From Pseudomonadota bacterium (lineage in GTDB: Bacteria; Pseudomonadota; Alphaproteobacteria; Rhizobiales; Xanthobacteraceae): a stretch of 34,974 bases of DNA. This document shows positions 1 through 10,136 of the stretch, piece after piece. The stretch lies in assembly GCA_021823875.1 (NCBI GenBank), contig JAKAMD010000001.1, positions 1 to 34,974 on the forward strand, given 5' to 3'. The position numbers and the translations under genes were made by a program. Position 1 is the first letter of the stretch. Every line of letters begins with the position of its first letter. The notes beneath the pieces were generated by a model, which made no database searches, was not told the origin of the DNA, and saw only the letters and a program-made list of their open reading frames with translations.

Positions 1-215
1 TCGGCGGGCGCCAGATTGACGGTGATCCGGCGGGCCGGCAGCGCGAGGCCGGAGGCGATCAGCGCCGCGCGCACCCGCTCCTTGGCCTCCGACACGGCTT
101 TATCCGGCAGGCCGACGATGGTGAAGGCCGGCAAGCCGGGCGCGACCTGCACCTGTACGTCGACGCTGCGAGCCTCGATCCCCTCAAAGGCGACGGTCGC
201 GACACGCTGAACCAT
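1..215 (-). CDS. comM: ComM/YifB family Mg-chelatase-like AAA+ helicase, N-terminal part (runs off the left edge)
   Basis: Not in the ORF track. Manual reverse translation from ATG at 215 gives [71 protein letters not shown], with the hallmark IVGLPD..V.E..ERVR and ITVNLAPA motifs. Confidence 0.95.
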   Translation of the reverse strand, partial: MVQRVATVAFEGIEARSVDVQVQVAPGLPAFTIVGLPDKAVSEAKERVRAALIASGLALPARRITVNLAPA

Positions 216-262
216 GACGGCAAGTCCCCACCCGAATACCCGTCAGAGTAGCGGAAGCCGGG

Positions 263-288
263 GAAAACTACAAGAACATTTGCAGAAC
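263..288. promoter_or_regulatory. Alphaproteobacterial LexA (SOS) box, tandem
   Basis: GAAC-ATTTGCA-GAAC at 274-288 is a perfect GAAC-N7-GAAC. It is preceded by an overlapping degenerate GAAA-ACTACAA-GAAC (263-277). Located upstream of comM. Confidence 0.85.
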
Positions 289-355
289 AAAACGACTCAG
301 CTAAGATTTTTCTGAAGCGGCAAACCGGGCGCCAAAACAGGGAGCATGGCCGGTC

Positions 356-541
356 ATGGTCGACAGCAAGGCATTAGCCAACGAATTGCAGCAGGCGCGT
401 GCCGCCCGTATCGAGGCGGAAACAGCCTGGTGCGACGTCGAGGAACTGCTGTGGGAAGTGCAGCACGGTCTGCGCTACTGGCGCCGGCTGGCGCAAGTCG
501 AGGCCGGTGTGGTGACGGATCCGCCGCGGCTAACGCACTGA
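356..541 (+). CDS. Small hypothetical protein (61 aa)
   Basis: Fills the comM-gshB gap, has G/C-rich third codon positions and a helical-looking sequence. GGGAG lies ~11 nt upstream. Overlaps the gshB 3' end by 12 nt. Confidence 0.55.
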   Translation: MVDSKALANELQQARAARIEAETAWCDVEELLWEVQHGLRYWRRLAQVEAGVVTDPPRLTH

Positions 542-1480
542 CGCGCGCTTCGCCTCGATCTTGTCCCAGATCAGCACCGCGATATCGGGGCCGCCGAAAT
601 TCTTGATCGCGCGGATGCCGGTCGGCGAGGTGACGTTGATCTCGGTGAGATTGCCGTCGATCACGTCGATGCCGACGAACAGCAGGCCGCGTTTCTTCAA
701 GGTCGGGCCGATGGTCTCGCAGATCTCCCGCTCGCGCGGTGACAATTCAGTCGCTGCCGGCGCGCCGCCGCGCACCATGTTGGAGCGCAGATCGTCCGCC
801 GCCGGAATGCGGTTGACCGCGCCTGCATAGTTACCGTCCACCAGAATGATGCGTTTGTCGCCGTGCTTGATGTTGGGCAGGAACGCCTGCACCACCCATT
901 GTTCGCGGAACGTATTGGCAAACATGTCATAGAGCGAGCCGAAATTGAGATCGTCGCGGGTGATGCGGAACACCGCGCCGCCGCCGTGGCCGTAAAGTGG
1001 CTTGAACACGATGTCGCCGTGCTTGGCGCGGAACGCCTGGATTTCGGCGAGGTCGCGCGTGATCAACGTCGGCGGCATGAGCTGCGGAAACTCAGTGACC
1101 ATCACCTTCTCCGGCGCGTTGCGCACGCTGGCCGGATCGTTCACCACCAGGGTCTTGGGATGAATACGCTCGAGCAGATGGGTCGAGGTCACATAAGCGA
1201 GATCGAACGGCGGGTCCTGCCGCAACAGCACCACATCGAATTCCGATAGCGCGACGCGCCGCGGCTCACCGAGGTTGAAATGGTTGCCCGCGACGTCGCG
1301 CACGCTCAAGGCTTGCACGCTGGCAAAAACTTGGCCGTCGAGCAGGGCCAACCGATCAGGCGTGTAGTACGAAAGCCGGTGGCTGCGGGCCTGCGCTTCC
1401 AGCAGCAGGGCGAAGGTCGAATCGCCCTTAATGTTGATCCGCTCGATCGGATCCATCTGCACGACGACGTTCAGGCTCAT
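530..1480 (-). CDS. gshB: Glutathione synthetase
   Basis: QMDPI..I...[33 protein letters not shown] and EINVTSPTG motifs; 316 aa. Confidence 0.98.
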   Translation of the reverse strand: MSLNVVVQMDPIERINIKGDSTFALLLEAQARSHRLSYYTPDRLALLDGQVFASVQALSVRDVAGNHFNLGEPRRVALSEFDVVLLRQDPPFDLAYVTSTHLLERIHPKTLVVNDPASVRNAPEKVMVTEFPQLMPPTLITRDLAEIQAFRAKHGDIVFKPLYGHGGGAVFRITRDDLNFGSLYDMFANTFREQWVVQAFLPNIKHGDKRIILVDGNYAGAVNRIPAADDLRSNMVRGGAPAATELSPREREICETIGPTLKKRGLLFVGIDVIDGNLTEINVTSPTGIRAIKNFGGPDIAVLIWDKIEAKRASVR

Positions 1481-1617
1481 GGGCGGCTCATTCGCGGCGC
1501 TTCGGGGCTGGTCTTGGCCATTTCTGCCGGGCGAAGCTTTAAGGAAAACAAAGCGTTAAGGTTTTGTTGCCAAACTCCGCGCCCGGAACCGGGTGACCGC
1601 GGAGTGAGGGTCGTTTC

Positions 1618-3297
1618 GTGACATTGCCGAAGCTTTCGATCGCCGCCAAGCTCTATGCGATCTTTGCCTTGATGGCCACTGCGTCGCTGGGGCTATCGGC
1701 GGTCGCCACCTACAACGCGCGCCAGCACGCCGCGCTGACGGTGGCCTACGAATCCGCCAATGCCGGCAGCCGCACCACCCAGCGGCTCGCCACGCTGCTT
1801 TTTGCCACCATGCTGCAATCGCAGGGCATTGCTGCGGCGCAGGGTCCTTCGATCGTCGACGGCTACGCTCAGGCGCTGCTCAAGATCGATAATGAACTCG
1901 GCGCGGCGATGAATGTTTGGCAGCAAAGTGTTCGTGTCGCCGACGCCGACGAATTCAGCCGCTTGGCTGTGCAGATCGACGAATTTCGCAAACTATTGCC
2001 TGAGCTCTCGCGGATCACCCATGAATCCGGACCGCAGGCCGCGCATGCCTTTGTCGAGAAGACTCAATTCGAACATAAACGCGAAGCGCTCAGCCAAATA
2101 GTGCAGAAGCTCGGCGCGGAATATAGCGAGCGCGCCCATAAGCTTTACCTGATGATCGACCAGGGCATCGACCGCACCGCGCTGTGGCTTTCGGTGCTGG
2201 CCGGTTTGGCGGTGCTGCTCGCGGTTGCTGGCGTCTTGATGATTATGCGCGATGTGGCCCGGCCGCTCGCTGCTATCACCCGCGTCACCGCGGCAGTAGC
2301 GGCCGGCAAAGCCGACATTGCGGTCCCATTCACCCAGCGCAGCGACGAGATCGGCGCGCTGGCGCGCTCGATCGGTGTTTTCCGCGATGCCATGAACCAT
2401 AACGTCGAGCTCAATAAGACCGTGCTCGAAGATGCCGACGCGCGCGCGCGCCGGCAGGAGCAGATGTCGGGCGAGATCGCACGTTTCTCCGCCGAGGTAG
2501 AAGCGACATTGTCCGAGCTCGGCCGCATCTCCGACCAGATGCTGGCCGCTTCGACCCAGCTCGCCAGCGTTGCCGACCAGGCCGCCGCCCGGACGGCAAG
2601 CGCCTCGACCGCCTCTTCCGAAGCTTCCAGCAATGTACGCGACATCGCCTCGGCCGCCGACGAACTGTCGGCCTCGGTCAACGAGATCGACCGGCAGGTG
2701 GCGCAGTCGAACGCGATCGCGGGCAAGGCAGTGAACGAGGCCGGCCACACCAATCAGGCGGTCAAGGAATTGGACGAGGCGGCCGCGCGCATCGGCGATG
2801 TGATCAAACTGATCACCGATATCGCCGAGCAGACCAACCTCCTGGCGCTCAACGCCACCATCGAGGCGGCGCGCGCGGGCGAGGCCGGCCGCGGCTTCGC
2901 GGTGGTGGCCGGCGAGGTGAAAGCGCTGGCCGGCCAGACCAGCCGTGCCACCGAGGAGATCAGCGCCCAGATCGCGGGCATGCAGCGCGCCACCGAGCGC
3001 TCGATCGCCGCCATCACCTCGATCGAAACGATTATCCGCGAGATCGGCGAAATCAGCAGCGCCATTGCCGCCGCCGTCACCGAGCAGGGAGCTGCCACCG
3101 GTGAGATCGCGCGCAGTGTCGATATTGCCGCCAAGCGCACGATCGAAACCGCAGAGGAAGTCGTGCGCGTCGGCGACGCGACCGACGCGACCCGCGCCAG
3201 TGCCGGCGCGGTCAAGTCCGTGGCCGATGATCTCGGGCAGGTCGCCTTCCGCATCCGCGCGCAGGTGGATCAGTTCTTCGAGCGGTTGAGCGCGTGA
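1618..3297 (+). CDS. Methyl-accepting chemotaxis protein (TM, periplasmic helical sensor, TM, HAMP, signalling domain)
   Basis: [37 protein letters not shown] signature, HAMP motif ([10 protein letters not shown]), two hydrophobic segments; GTG start. Confidence 0.96.
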   Translation: MTLPKLSIAAKLYAIFALMATASLGLSAVATYNARQHAALTVAYESANAGSRTTQRLATLLFATMLQSQGIAAAQGPSIVDGYAQALLKIDNELGAAMNVWQQSVRVADADEFSRLAVQIDEFRKLLPELSRITHESGPQAAHAFVEKTQFEHKREALSQIVQKLGAEYSERAHKLYLMIDQGIDRTALWLSVLAGLAVLLAVAGVLMIMRDVARPLAAITRVTAAVAAGKADIAVPFTQRSDEIGALARSIGVFRDAMNHNVELNKTVLEDADARARRQEQMSGEIARFSAEVEATLSELGRISDQMLAASTQLASVADQAAARTASASTASSEASSNVRDIASAADELSASVNEIDRQVAQSNAIAGKAVNEAGHTNQAVKELDEAAARIGDVIKLITDIAEQTNLLALNATIEAARAGEAGRGFAVVAGEVKALAGQTSRATEEISAQIAGMQRATERSIAAITSIETIIREIGEISSAIAAAVTEQGAATGEIARSVDIAAKRTIETAEEVVRVGDATDATRASAGAVKSVADDLGQVAFRIRAQVDQFFERLSA

Positions 3298-3303
3298 TCC
3301 AAA

Positions 3304-3348
3304 GTCATTCCGGGGCGCGGGCGTCAGCGTGCGAACCCGGAGTCCATC
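3304..3348. repeat. Truncated REP-like palindromic element (left half)
   Basis: GTCATTCCGGGGCGCG...GCGAACCCGGAGTCCA matches the left half of the 6055-6156 element. It sits between the convergent MCP and yraN genes. Confidence 0.75.
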
Positions 3349-3357
3349 CGCCTAAGC

Positions 3358-3771
3358 TTAGGTTTCAAACGCCCCTTGAATGTGCCGCGGCATCTTGCCG
3401 GGCGCGACCAGGATGGCGTCGAAGCGGATGTCGCGGAAGCCATGCGCGCCGGTCGCGGCGAGCCAGGCTTCTGCTGCTGCCGCGATGCGCTGACGCTGAC
3501 GCGGCGTTACCGCTTCGGCCGCGTCATCGAGCTTGTCGCGCGCCTTCACCTCGACGAACACCAACAAGCTGCGGCGGCGTGCGACGATGTCGATCTCGCC
3601 GACCGGTGATTTCCAGCGCCGCCCCAAAATGCGGAAGCCCTTGGCAATGAGCAGAGCGGCGGCGCGGCTTTCTGCCGAGATGCCGAGTTGAAAGGCCGCT
3701 TGTCGTTCCGGCCGCGGCGGCAGCTTGCCGAGCGGTGCCGCCTTCGGCGGCTGACCATCATGGCGTGCCAT
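3358..3771 (-). CDS. yraN: YraN family PD-(D/E)xK nuclease (UPF0102)
   Basis: G..AE..AA..L...[17 protein letters not shown] and IRFDAI motifs. Start placed at ATG 3771, overlapping the rsmI stop. Confidence 0.95.
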   Translation of the reverse strand: MARHDGQPPKAAPLGKLPPRPERQAAFQLGISAESRAAALLIAKGFRILGRRWKSPVGEIDIVARRRSLLVFVEVKARDKLDDAAEAVTPRQRQRIAAAAEAWLAATGAHGFRDIRFDAILVAPGKMPRHIQGAFET

Positions 3772-4684
3772 CGCTGTCGTCCCTGCTGAGTTCGAGTGCG
3801 CGTTGATAGACTTCGCGGCGCGAGCGGCCTGTGGCAAGCGCGACCTCGCCGACCGCGTCCTTGACCGAGACGCGGGCAAGCGCCTGCCGCAGCATGGCGT
3901 CGACGTCGTCGGCTTGCGTTTCCTGTTCGGCCGGCGGCGCCACCACGATCACGATCTCGCCGCGTGTTTCGCCGCCGTCGGCATAAGCGCGTGCGAGGCT
4001 GACGAGATCGTCGCGCCGCACTTCCTCATGCAGCTTGGTCAGCTCGCGGCAGATTGCGGCCGCGCGCGGTCCCAGACCGGTGGCAAGATCGGCCAGCGTC
4101 GCCGCCAGCCGTGTGCCGCTCTCATACAGCACCAGCGTTGCCGGAATGGCGACGAGCGCGGCGATCCGCTTCTGCCGCGCCGCCTGCTTCGGCGGCAGGA
4201 AACCTTCGAAGAAAAAGCGGTCGGTCGGTAGGCCGGCGACCGACAGTGCCGCCAGCAAGGCCGACGGTCCGGGTAGGGCATTGACCGCGTAGCCGGCCTC
4301 GCGCGCCGCGCGCACCAGCTTGAAGCCGGGATCGGAGATCAACGGCGTGCCGGCGTCGGAAACCAGCGCCACTGCCTCGCAGTTGGAGAGGCGCTTGAGC
4401 AGGCGCGGCCGTGCTTCGGCGGCATTGTGCTCATGATAGGGCGTCAGCGGCGTGGCGATCCCGTAACGCTCGGTCAGCCGGCGGGTGACGCGGGTGTCCT
4501 CGCAGGCGATGACGTCGGCGCCGGCCAGCACCTCCAGCGCGCGCAAGGTGATGTCGCCGAGGTTTCCGATCGGCGTGGCGACCAGATAGAGCCCGCCGCG
4601 GGGCCGTTTGGCTTCGATCTGCGCACCATTGATTGCAAAATAACGCGCACTCACGTCGGTAGGGCTGGTTTTGTCGCTGGCCAT
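3758..4684 (-). CDS. rsmI: 16S rRNA (cytidine1402-2'-O)-methyltransferase
   Basis: [42 protein letters not shown] and RELTKLHEE motifs. Start inferred at ATG 4684. Confidence 0.96.
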   Translation of the reverse strand: MASDKTSPTDVSARYFAINGAQIEAKRPRGGLYLVATPIGNLGDITLRALEVLAGADVIACEDTRVTRRLTERYGIATPLTPYHEHNAAEARPRLLKRLSNCEAVALVSDAGTPLISDPGFKLVRAAREAGYAVNALPGPSALLAALSVAGLPTDRFFFEGFLPPKQAARQKRIAALVAIPATLVLYESGTRLAATLADLATGLGPRAAAICRELTKLHEEVRRDDLVSLARAYADGGETRGEIVIVVAPPAEQETQADDVDAMLRQALARVSVKDAVGEVALATGRSRREVYQRALELSRDDSDGTP

Positions 4685-4863
4685 GAGCGCCAACCTAGCC
4701 GAGAGCCGGCCGGTCCGCCATAGCAGCGCCAAATTCCCTTTCTTTTTCATTGCCTTAACTTTTGCGCGACAAAATCTCAGATTATCGTTAGGACATAAGG
4801 CATGTCCGTCGCTTGTGGGGAGCGGCCATGGTGGGAATGCCGCTGAGCCGGGAAGGAATGCTG

Positions 4864-6045
4864 ATGCGCGGTTTGCGCAGATTGTTCGCGCCGCTGGGCG
4901 TCGTCGCGGTGCTGGCCGCTCTGGCGGCCTGCACCAGTAACAGCCTCAATCAATTCAGTACCACGCAACCGGAGGCGGCGCCGCCGCCGCAGGCGGGCAC
5001 GCAAATCGGCAGCGGACAGATTCGAGTCGGTCTGATTCTGCCGCTGTCGGCGCCGGGCAATGCCGGCGTCGCCGCCACCTCGATGAAGAATGCGGCCGAG
5101 ATGGCGCTGGCCGAATTCAAGAACCCGAACATCCAGCTCTTGGTGAAGGACGACGCCGGCAATCCGCAGACCGCGCAGGCCGGCGCACAACAGGCAATCA
5201 GCGAAGGCGCCGAGATCATCGTCGGCCCGTTGTTTGCACAGTCGGTGAGCGCGGTCGGCCAGGTGGCGCGTCAGCACGGCATTCCGGTGATCGCCTTCTC
5301 GACCGATGCCAGCGTTGCGGCGCCCGGCGTCTATCTGTTGAGCTTCCTGCCGGAGTCCGACGTCAAGCGCATTGTTGAATTCGCTACTTCGCGTGGCAAA
5401 CGTTCGTTCGCGGCGTTGCTGCCGGACAATGCTTATGGCGCGGTTGTGCAGGCCGCGTTCCAACAGGAAGTGCCGCGCCACGGCGGCCGTATCCTGGCGA
5501 TCGAGAAATATCCGCTTGATCCGAGCAAGATCGCCGATTCCGTGCACCGGGTGGCGCAGGTGGCGCACAGCGTCGACAATATCTTCATCCCGGACGGCGC
5601 CGATGCGGTACCGCAGGTGGTGCGTGCACTCGCCGCCGACCACGTAAATCTCAGGCGCGTGCAGTTGCTCGGCACGGGGCTGTGGGACGATCCGCGTATC
5701 TTCGCCGACCGGCAGCTGGAAGGCGGCCTCTATGCGGCGCCGGAGTCGGGCGGCTTCCGCAGCTTCTCGGCCCGCTACCGTCAGCGCTACGGACAGGATC
5801 CGGTGCGCACGGCGACGCTCGCCTATGATGCGGTGGCGCTGGTGGCGGCGCTGGTGAAGACGCAAGGCACGCAGCGTTTCAGCCAGCAGATTCTCACCAA
5901 CCCGTCCGGCTTCGCCGGCATCGATGGCGTGTTCCGCTTCCGCCCCGACGGTACCAACGAACGCGGCCTCGCGGTGTTGCGTATCACGCCGAACGGCGGG
6001 CAGGTGGTGAGCCCGGCGCCGAAGACTTTCAAGCCGGGGACGTAA
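4864..6045 (+). CDS. Penicillin-binding protein activator, LpoA/LppC-like lipoprotein (periplasmic binding fold)
   Basis: Lipobox LAAC; GLILPLS, IIVGPLFA, LAYDAV and GIDGVFRF.PDG..ERGL motifs; conserved position next to rsmI-yraN. Start uncertain (4828-4864). Confidence 0.88.
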   Translation: MRGLRRLFAPLGVVAVLAALAACTSNSLNQFSTTQPEAAPPPQAGTQIGSGQIRVGLILPLSAPGNAGVAATSMKNAAEMALAEFKNPNIQLLVKDDAGNPQTAQAGAQQAISEGAEIIVGPLFAQSVSAVGQVARQHGIPVIAFSTDASVAAPGVYLLSFLPESDVKRIVEFATSRGKRSFAALLPDNAYGAVVQAAFQQEVPRHGGRILAIEKYPLDPSKIADSVHRVAQVAHSVDNIFIPDGADAVPQVVRALAADHVNLRRVQLLGTGLWDDPRIFADRQLEGGLYAAPESGGFRSFSARYRQRYGQDPVRTATLAYDAVALVAALVKTQGTQRFSQQILTNPSGFAGIDGVFRFRPDGTNERGLAVLRITPNGGQVVSPAPKTFKPGT

Positions 6046-6054
6046 CAACAATCT

Positions 6055-6156
6055 TTCGTTCCGAGGCGCGCATGAAGTGCGCGAACCCGGACTCCAGAAA
6101 CAAGCTCCGAAAGTGCATCTGGATTCCGGATCGCGCATCCGCGCGTCTGGAATGAC
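6055..6156. repeat. REP-like palindromic element (GTCATTCCGG...CCGGAATGAC class)
   Basis: Imperfect terminal inverted repeat TTCGTTCCGA...CTGGAATGAC with internal hairpins GCGC-ATGAAGT-GCGC and CCGGACTCCAGA...TCTGGATTCCGG. Lies between convergent genes. Confidence 0.8.
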
Positions 6157-6164
6157 GATTGAAG

Positions 6165-7322
6165 CTAAGCCGCCAGATCCGCCACCACCGCATCGAGCAC
6201 GGGGAAGCCTGACAGCGTCACCCGCAAGCGGCCATCGGCGGTCGACTCGACGGCACCTTCCTGGTGCAGCAGGGCGATGCGCTTGGGGTCAAGCTCGCGC
6301 CCGCTGATCGCGGTGAAACGTGCCGGCTCGATTCCTTCCGCGAGGCGCAGCCCCATCAGCAGGTATTCGTCGGCCATCTCGCTGCTGCTGAGCTTCTCGT
6401 CGACGATCAGGCCACTGCCGGTGGTTTCCACGCGTTCCAGCCAGCTTTCCGGCCGCCGCTCGGTTTCGGTCGCAATGCGGCGGCCATCGAGCGTGAGCCT
6501 TCCGTGCGCGCCGGGACCGACGCCGGCGTAATCGTGGCCGCGCCAGTAGACGAGATTGTGCCGGCACTCGCCGCCCTGACGGGCGTGGTTGGAAATCTCA
6601 TAGGCCGGCAGTCCGGCATCGCCGCAAATCGTCTGTGTCAGATCGTAGAAATCGCGCGCCAGATCGTCTTCCGGCAGCACGAGCTTGCCGGCGGCATGCA
6701 AGGCGAAATAGGGCGTCTCCTGTTCGATGGTCAGTTGATAGAGCGAGAGATGATCGCCCGCGTGCTCAAGTGCGTGGCTCAATTCCAATGCCCAGGCTTC
6801 GAGTGTCTGACCCGGCCGGGTATAGATGAGGTCGAAGGAATAGCGATCGAAGATCGAGCGCGCGAGTGTGACTGCGGCGAGCGCTTCCTCAACCGTGTGC
6901 ATGCGGCCGAGTTGCTTGAGCACCGCATCGTCGAGCGCCTGCACGCCGAGCGAAACGCGATTCACCCCCGCGGTCCGGTAGCCGCGGAAGCGCCCGGCCT
7001 CAACGCTGGTCGGGTTGGCTTCCAAGGTGATCTCGACATCGGGCGCGATACGCCAATGCTTGGCGATGGTGTCGAGGATCGCCTGCACCGAGACGGGCTG
7101 CATCAGCGAGGGCGTGCCGCCGCCGAAAAAGATGCTGGAGACCGTGCGGTCCGGCACGCGCGCGGCGGTCGCTGCGATTTCGCTTTCGATGGCGCGCACG
7201 AAGCGTGCTTCGTCGGGGCCGCCGTGACGCACATGACTGTTGAAGTCGCAGTAGGGGCACTTCGACAGGCAAAATGGCCAATGCACGTAAACGCCGAAAG
7301 GCGCAGGACTTGTCGCGTTCAT
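6165..7322 (-). CDS. hemW: Radical SAM heme chaperone HemW (HemN-like)
   Basis: YVHWPFCLSKCPYCDFN (CxxxCxxC), FFGGGTPS, EANP, YEISNHA and HNLVYW motifs; downstream of rdgB. Start at 7322 or 7331. Confidence 0.96.
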   Translation of the reverse strand: MNATSPAPFGVYVHWPFCLSKCPYCDFNSHVRHGGPDEARFVRAIESEIAATAARVPDRTVSSIFFGGGTPSLMQPVSVQAILDTIAKHWRIAPDVEITLEANPTSVEAGRFRGYRTAGVNRVSLGVQALDDAVLKQLGRMHTVEEALAAVTLARSIFDRYSFDLIYTRPGQTLEAWALELSHALEHAGDHLSLYQLTIEQETPYFALHAAGKLVLPEDDLARDFYDLTQTICGDAGLPAYEISNHARQGGECRHNLVYWRGHDYAGVGPGAHGRLTLDGRRIATETERRPESWLERVETTGSGLIVDEKLSSSEMADEYLLMGLRLAEGIEPARFTAISGRELDPKRIALLHQEGAVESTADGRLRVTLSGFPVLDAVVADLAA

Positions 7323-7426
7323 ATTAACCATCTTAGGCCCTGCGGCACCGGCAAAGCCAGAGCCTCGGCCAATTCGTCGCGGATAAGTACTTAAAATTGT
7401 AACGAATTCGCGGCAATGCAAGCCGG

Positions 7427-8065
7427 TCAGACATCGCGGTGCAGGCATGCTGCCGCGAGCTTCACGAACGCTCGCGCGCGGTGCGAGAGGCCTTTGCCCT
7501 TGGGCGGAAGCCCGTGTTTTTCCTCCGCGCTCATCTCGCCGAAGGTGATGTCGAAGCCGTCGGGGCGAAAGAGCGGATCGTAACCGAAGCCCTTTTCGCC
7601 GCGCGGTGGCCAGACAATCACGCCGTCGACGCGGCCTTCGAATTCCTCCAGGTGGCCGTCGGACCAGGCGAGACACAGCGCGGCGATGAAATGCGCGCGC
7701 CGTTGTTCGGGCATGCGCGCACCGCGCTCGATCAACAACGTCTGGATGCGGTTCATGGCGCCGCGGAAATCCTTGTCGGGTCCCGCCCAGCGCGCGGAAT
7801 GGATGCCCGGCTCGCCACTCAACGCATCGACCACCAGTCCGGAATCGTCGGCGAAGGCGGCGCGCCCGGTGGCCTTGGCCGCGGCCATCGCCTTGATGCG
7901 CGCGTTGGCGGCGAAGGTCGTGCCGGTCTCGTGCGGCTCGGCGAGGCCGAGCTCGCCGGCCGATTGCGCCTCGATGCCATAGGGCGCCAACAACTCGCGC
8001 ATCTCGGCGAGCTTGCCGGGATTGTGCGTGGCGATGACGACGGGGGAGGTGAGTTGCCGGCTCAC
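7427..8065 (-). CDS. rdgB: Non-canonical purine NTP pyrophosphatase (RdgB/HAM1)
   Basis: [32 protein letters not shown] and SHR.RA motifs. Confidence 0.97.
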   Translation of the reverse strand: MSRQLTSPVVIATHNPGKLAEMRELLAPYGIEAQSAGELGLAEPHETGTTFAANARIKAMAAAKATGRAAFADDSGLVVDALSGEPGIHSARWAGPDKDFRGAMNRIQTLLIERGARMPEQRRAHFIAALCLAWSDGHLEEFEGRVDGVIVWPPRGEKGFGYDPLFRPDGFDITFGEMSAEEKHGLPPKGKGLSHRARAFVKLAAACLHRDV

Positions 8066-8787
8066 ATCACCGCCATTTTCTGCAGGCCAACCAGCTTCTC
8101 CACGCCTTTGCGTGCGAGCGCCAGGAGCGCCAGGAACTGATCTTCGCTAAACGGGTCCTTCTCGGCGGTGGCCTGGATTTCCACGATCTGGCCGCCGCCG
8201 GTCAGCACGAAATTGGCATCGGTGTCGGCCTGCGAATCCTCGGCGTAATCGAGATCGAGCACGGCGGTGCCGCTGTACACGCCGCAGGACACCGCCGCGA
8301 TATGGTCGCGCAGCACGCCGCCATGCACCGCGGTCTTGAACATGTCGCGCGCCGCCATCCAGCCGAAGCAATCGGCGAGCGCCACCCAGGCCCCGGTGAT
8401 GGACGCGGTACGGGTGCCGCCGTCGGCCTGGATCACGTCGCAATCGATTGTGATCTGCCGCTCACCCAGCGCGACCAGGTCGATCACCGAGCGCAAGCTG
8501 CGCCCGATCAGCCGCTGAATTTCGATCGTGCGGCCGCCCTGCTTGCCGGCGCTGGCCTCGCGCCGGGTGCGCTCCGAGGTCGCGCGCGGCAGCATGCCGT
8601 ATTCGGCGGTGACCCAGCCGCGGCCCTGGCCTTTCAGCCAGGGCGGTAGCCGTTCTTCCAGGCTGGCGGTCACCAAGACATGGGTGTCGCCGAATTTCAC
8701 GAAGCAGGACCCCTCGGCGTATTTGACGACACCGCGTTCCAGCGAAACGGGGCGTAACTCATCGACTTCTCGGCGGCTTGGCCGCAT
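8062..8787 (-). CDS. rph: Ribonuclease PH
   Basis: [47 protein letters not shown] and LDLDYAEDS motifs. Confidence 0.98.
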   Translation of the reverse strand: MRPSRREVDELRPVSLERGVVKYAEGSCFVKFGDTHVLVTASLEERLPPWLKGQGRGWVTAEYGMLPRATSERTRREASAGKQGGRTIEIQRLIGRSLRSVIDLVALGERQITIDCDVIQADGGTRTASITGAWVALADCFGWMAARDMFKTAVHGGVLRDHIAAVSCGVYSGTAVLDLDYAEDSQADTDANFVLTGGGQIVEIQATAEKDPFSEDQFLALLALARKGVEKLVGLQKMAVM

Positions 8788-8810
8788 CGGGCGTGATCCT
8801 CTGGCTTTTT

Positions 8811-8838
8811 CTTGTTCGGGCGGACACCATAACCATAT
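8811..8838 (+). promoter_or_regulatory. Putative RpoH (sigma32) promoter of hrcA
   Basis: CTTG-N17-ACCATAT, the same spacing as the dnaK promoter. Confidence 0.6.
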
Positions 8839-8901
8839 GTCCGGCTTGAACAAGACCGGCGCAATGGTCAAATCTTGGCTGGTTAGGAGGAAAGGCGCCT
8901 T

Positions 8902-9990
8902 ATGGCCTCGCACGACGTCCCGATCGGTTCGACGCAGGTGAGCCTCGCCGCGCTCAATGAGCGTTCGCGCGAGATTTTCCGCCAGATCGTCGAGAGCTAT
9001 CTCGCCACCGGCGAGCCAGTCGGCTCACGCAATCTCGCGCGCATTCTGCCGATTACGCTGTCGTCGGCCTCGGTGCGCAACGTCATGTCCGACCTTGAGC
9101 AGCTCGGCCTGATCTACGCGCCGCATACCTCGGCGGGGCGGCTGCCGACCGAACTGGGCCTGCGCTTCTTCGTCGACGCGCTGATGGAGATTGGCGATCT
9201 GACCGAGGGCGACCGCCGCAACATTGAGGCGCAGGTGGCGGCCGCCGGCACCGGCAAATCGCTGGAGACTATCCTCACCGAAGCCTCACAGATGCTCTCA
9301 GGGCTGACCCGCTCGGCCTCCATCGTGCTCACCACCAAGAGCAATGTGCGGCTCAAACATATCGAATTCGTGCGGCTGGATCCGGAGCGCGCGCTCGCCG
9401 TGCTGGTCGATGAAAGCGGCCAGGTCGAGAACCGGGTGCTCAATATCCCGGCCGGCTTGCCGTCGTCGGCGCTGGTCGAGGCCGGCAATTTCCTAAACGC
9501 GCGCATCCGCGGCAAGACCCTGGCCGAATTGCGCAACGAGATCGAGACCGCGGTCAAGGAAGGCCAGGCTGAACTCGATCAGCTCACCCAGAAGGTCATC
9601 GCCAACGGCTTCGCGAGCTGGTCGGGCGGCGACAGCGAGGGCGAGCGCCAGCTGATCGTGCGCGGCCACGCCAATCTATTGGAAGACTTGCACGCGCTGG
9701 AAGACATTGAACGGGTACGCTCGTTGTTCGATGCGCTGGAGGCCAAGCGCGGGGTGATCGATCTGCTCGGCCGCGCCGAGCGCGGCGAGGGCGTGCGCAT
9801 CTTCATCGGCTCGGAGAACAAGCTGTTCTCGCTGTCCGGCTCCTCCACCATCGTGGCGCCCTATCGCGACAGCAAGGGCAGCATCGTCGGTGTACTCGGG
9901 GTGATCGGTCCGACCCGACTGAATTACGCCCGCGTCATCCCCATGGTCGATTACACCGCGCGGGTGGTTAGCCGGCTGCTTTCGACCTGA
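8902..9990 (+). CDS. hrcA: Heat-inducible transcription repressor HrcA
   Basis: [29 protein letters not shown] and [10 protein letters not shown] motifs; AGGAA RBS. Confidence 0.98.
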   Translation: MASHDVPIGSTQVSLAALNERSREIFRQIVESYLATGEPVGSRNLARILPITLSSASVRNVMSDLEQLGLIYAPHTSAGRLPTELGLRFFVDALMEIGDLTEGDRRNIEAQVAAAGTGKSLETILTEASQMLSGLTRSASIVLTTKSNVRLKHIEFVRLDPERALAVLVDESGQVENRVLNIPAGLPSSALVEAGNFLNARIRGKTLAELRNEIETAVKEGQAELDQLTQKVIANGFASWSGGDSEGERQLIVRGHANLLEDLHALEDIERVRSLFDALEAKRGVIDLLGRAERGEGVRIFIGSENKLFSLSGSSTIVAPYRDSKGSIVGVLGVIGPTRLNYARVIPMVDYTARVVSRLLST

Positions 9991-10070
9991 TGGGGCGCGG
10001 CCGGCCCGGAATACCGGATTCCATCCTCGTTCTTGCCCCGGATCGGTTCTCGCGGAGCCCGCGCTGAAAG

Positions 10071-10099
10071 CTTGATTTTTCGGCTCCGAGCCCTGATAT
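10071..10099 (+). promoter_or_regulatory. Possible RpoH promoter of grpE
   Basis: CTTGA followed by ...CCTGATAT just upstream of grpE; degenerate -10 element. Confidence 0.45.
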
Positions 10100-10136
10100 C
10101 CGGGGCGAACCGTTATTCGCAAATGGATTGAACACG

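Noticed and set aside
346-606. Alternative 86-aa ORF starting right after GGGAGC
   Set aside because: RBS spacing is too short, the sequence is Arg/Gly-rich and non-coding-like, and it overlaps gshB extensively. The 356-541 frame is the better candidate.
4777-7394. 453-aa and 376-aa ORFs antisense to the lpoA-like gene and hemW
   Set aside because: Shadow frames of clearly identified genes in high-GC DNA.
7323-7676. Long N-terminal extension of hemW in the ORF track (similar extensions on rph, yraN and sdhD)
   Set aside because: These extensions overlap neighbouring genes or promoters and lack family similarity; downstream ATG starts were chosen.
8788-10136. CIRCE element (TTAGCACTC-N9-GAGTGCTAA) near hrcA, grpE or dnaK
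   Set aside because: Looked for by eye upstream of hrcA, grpE and dnaK and not found; RpoH-type promoters are present instead.
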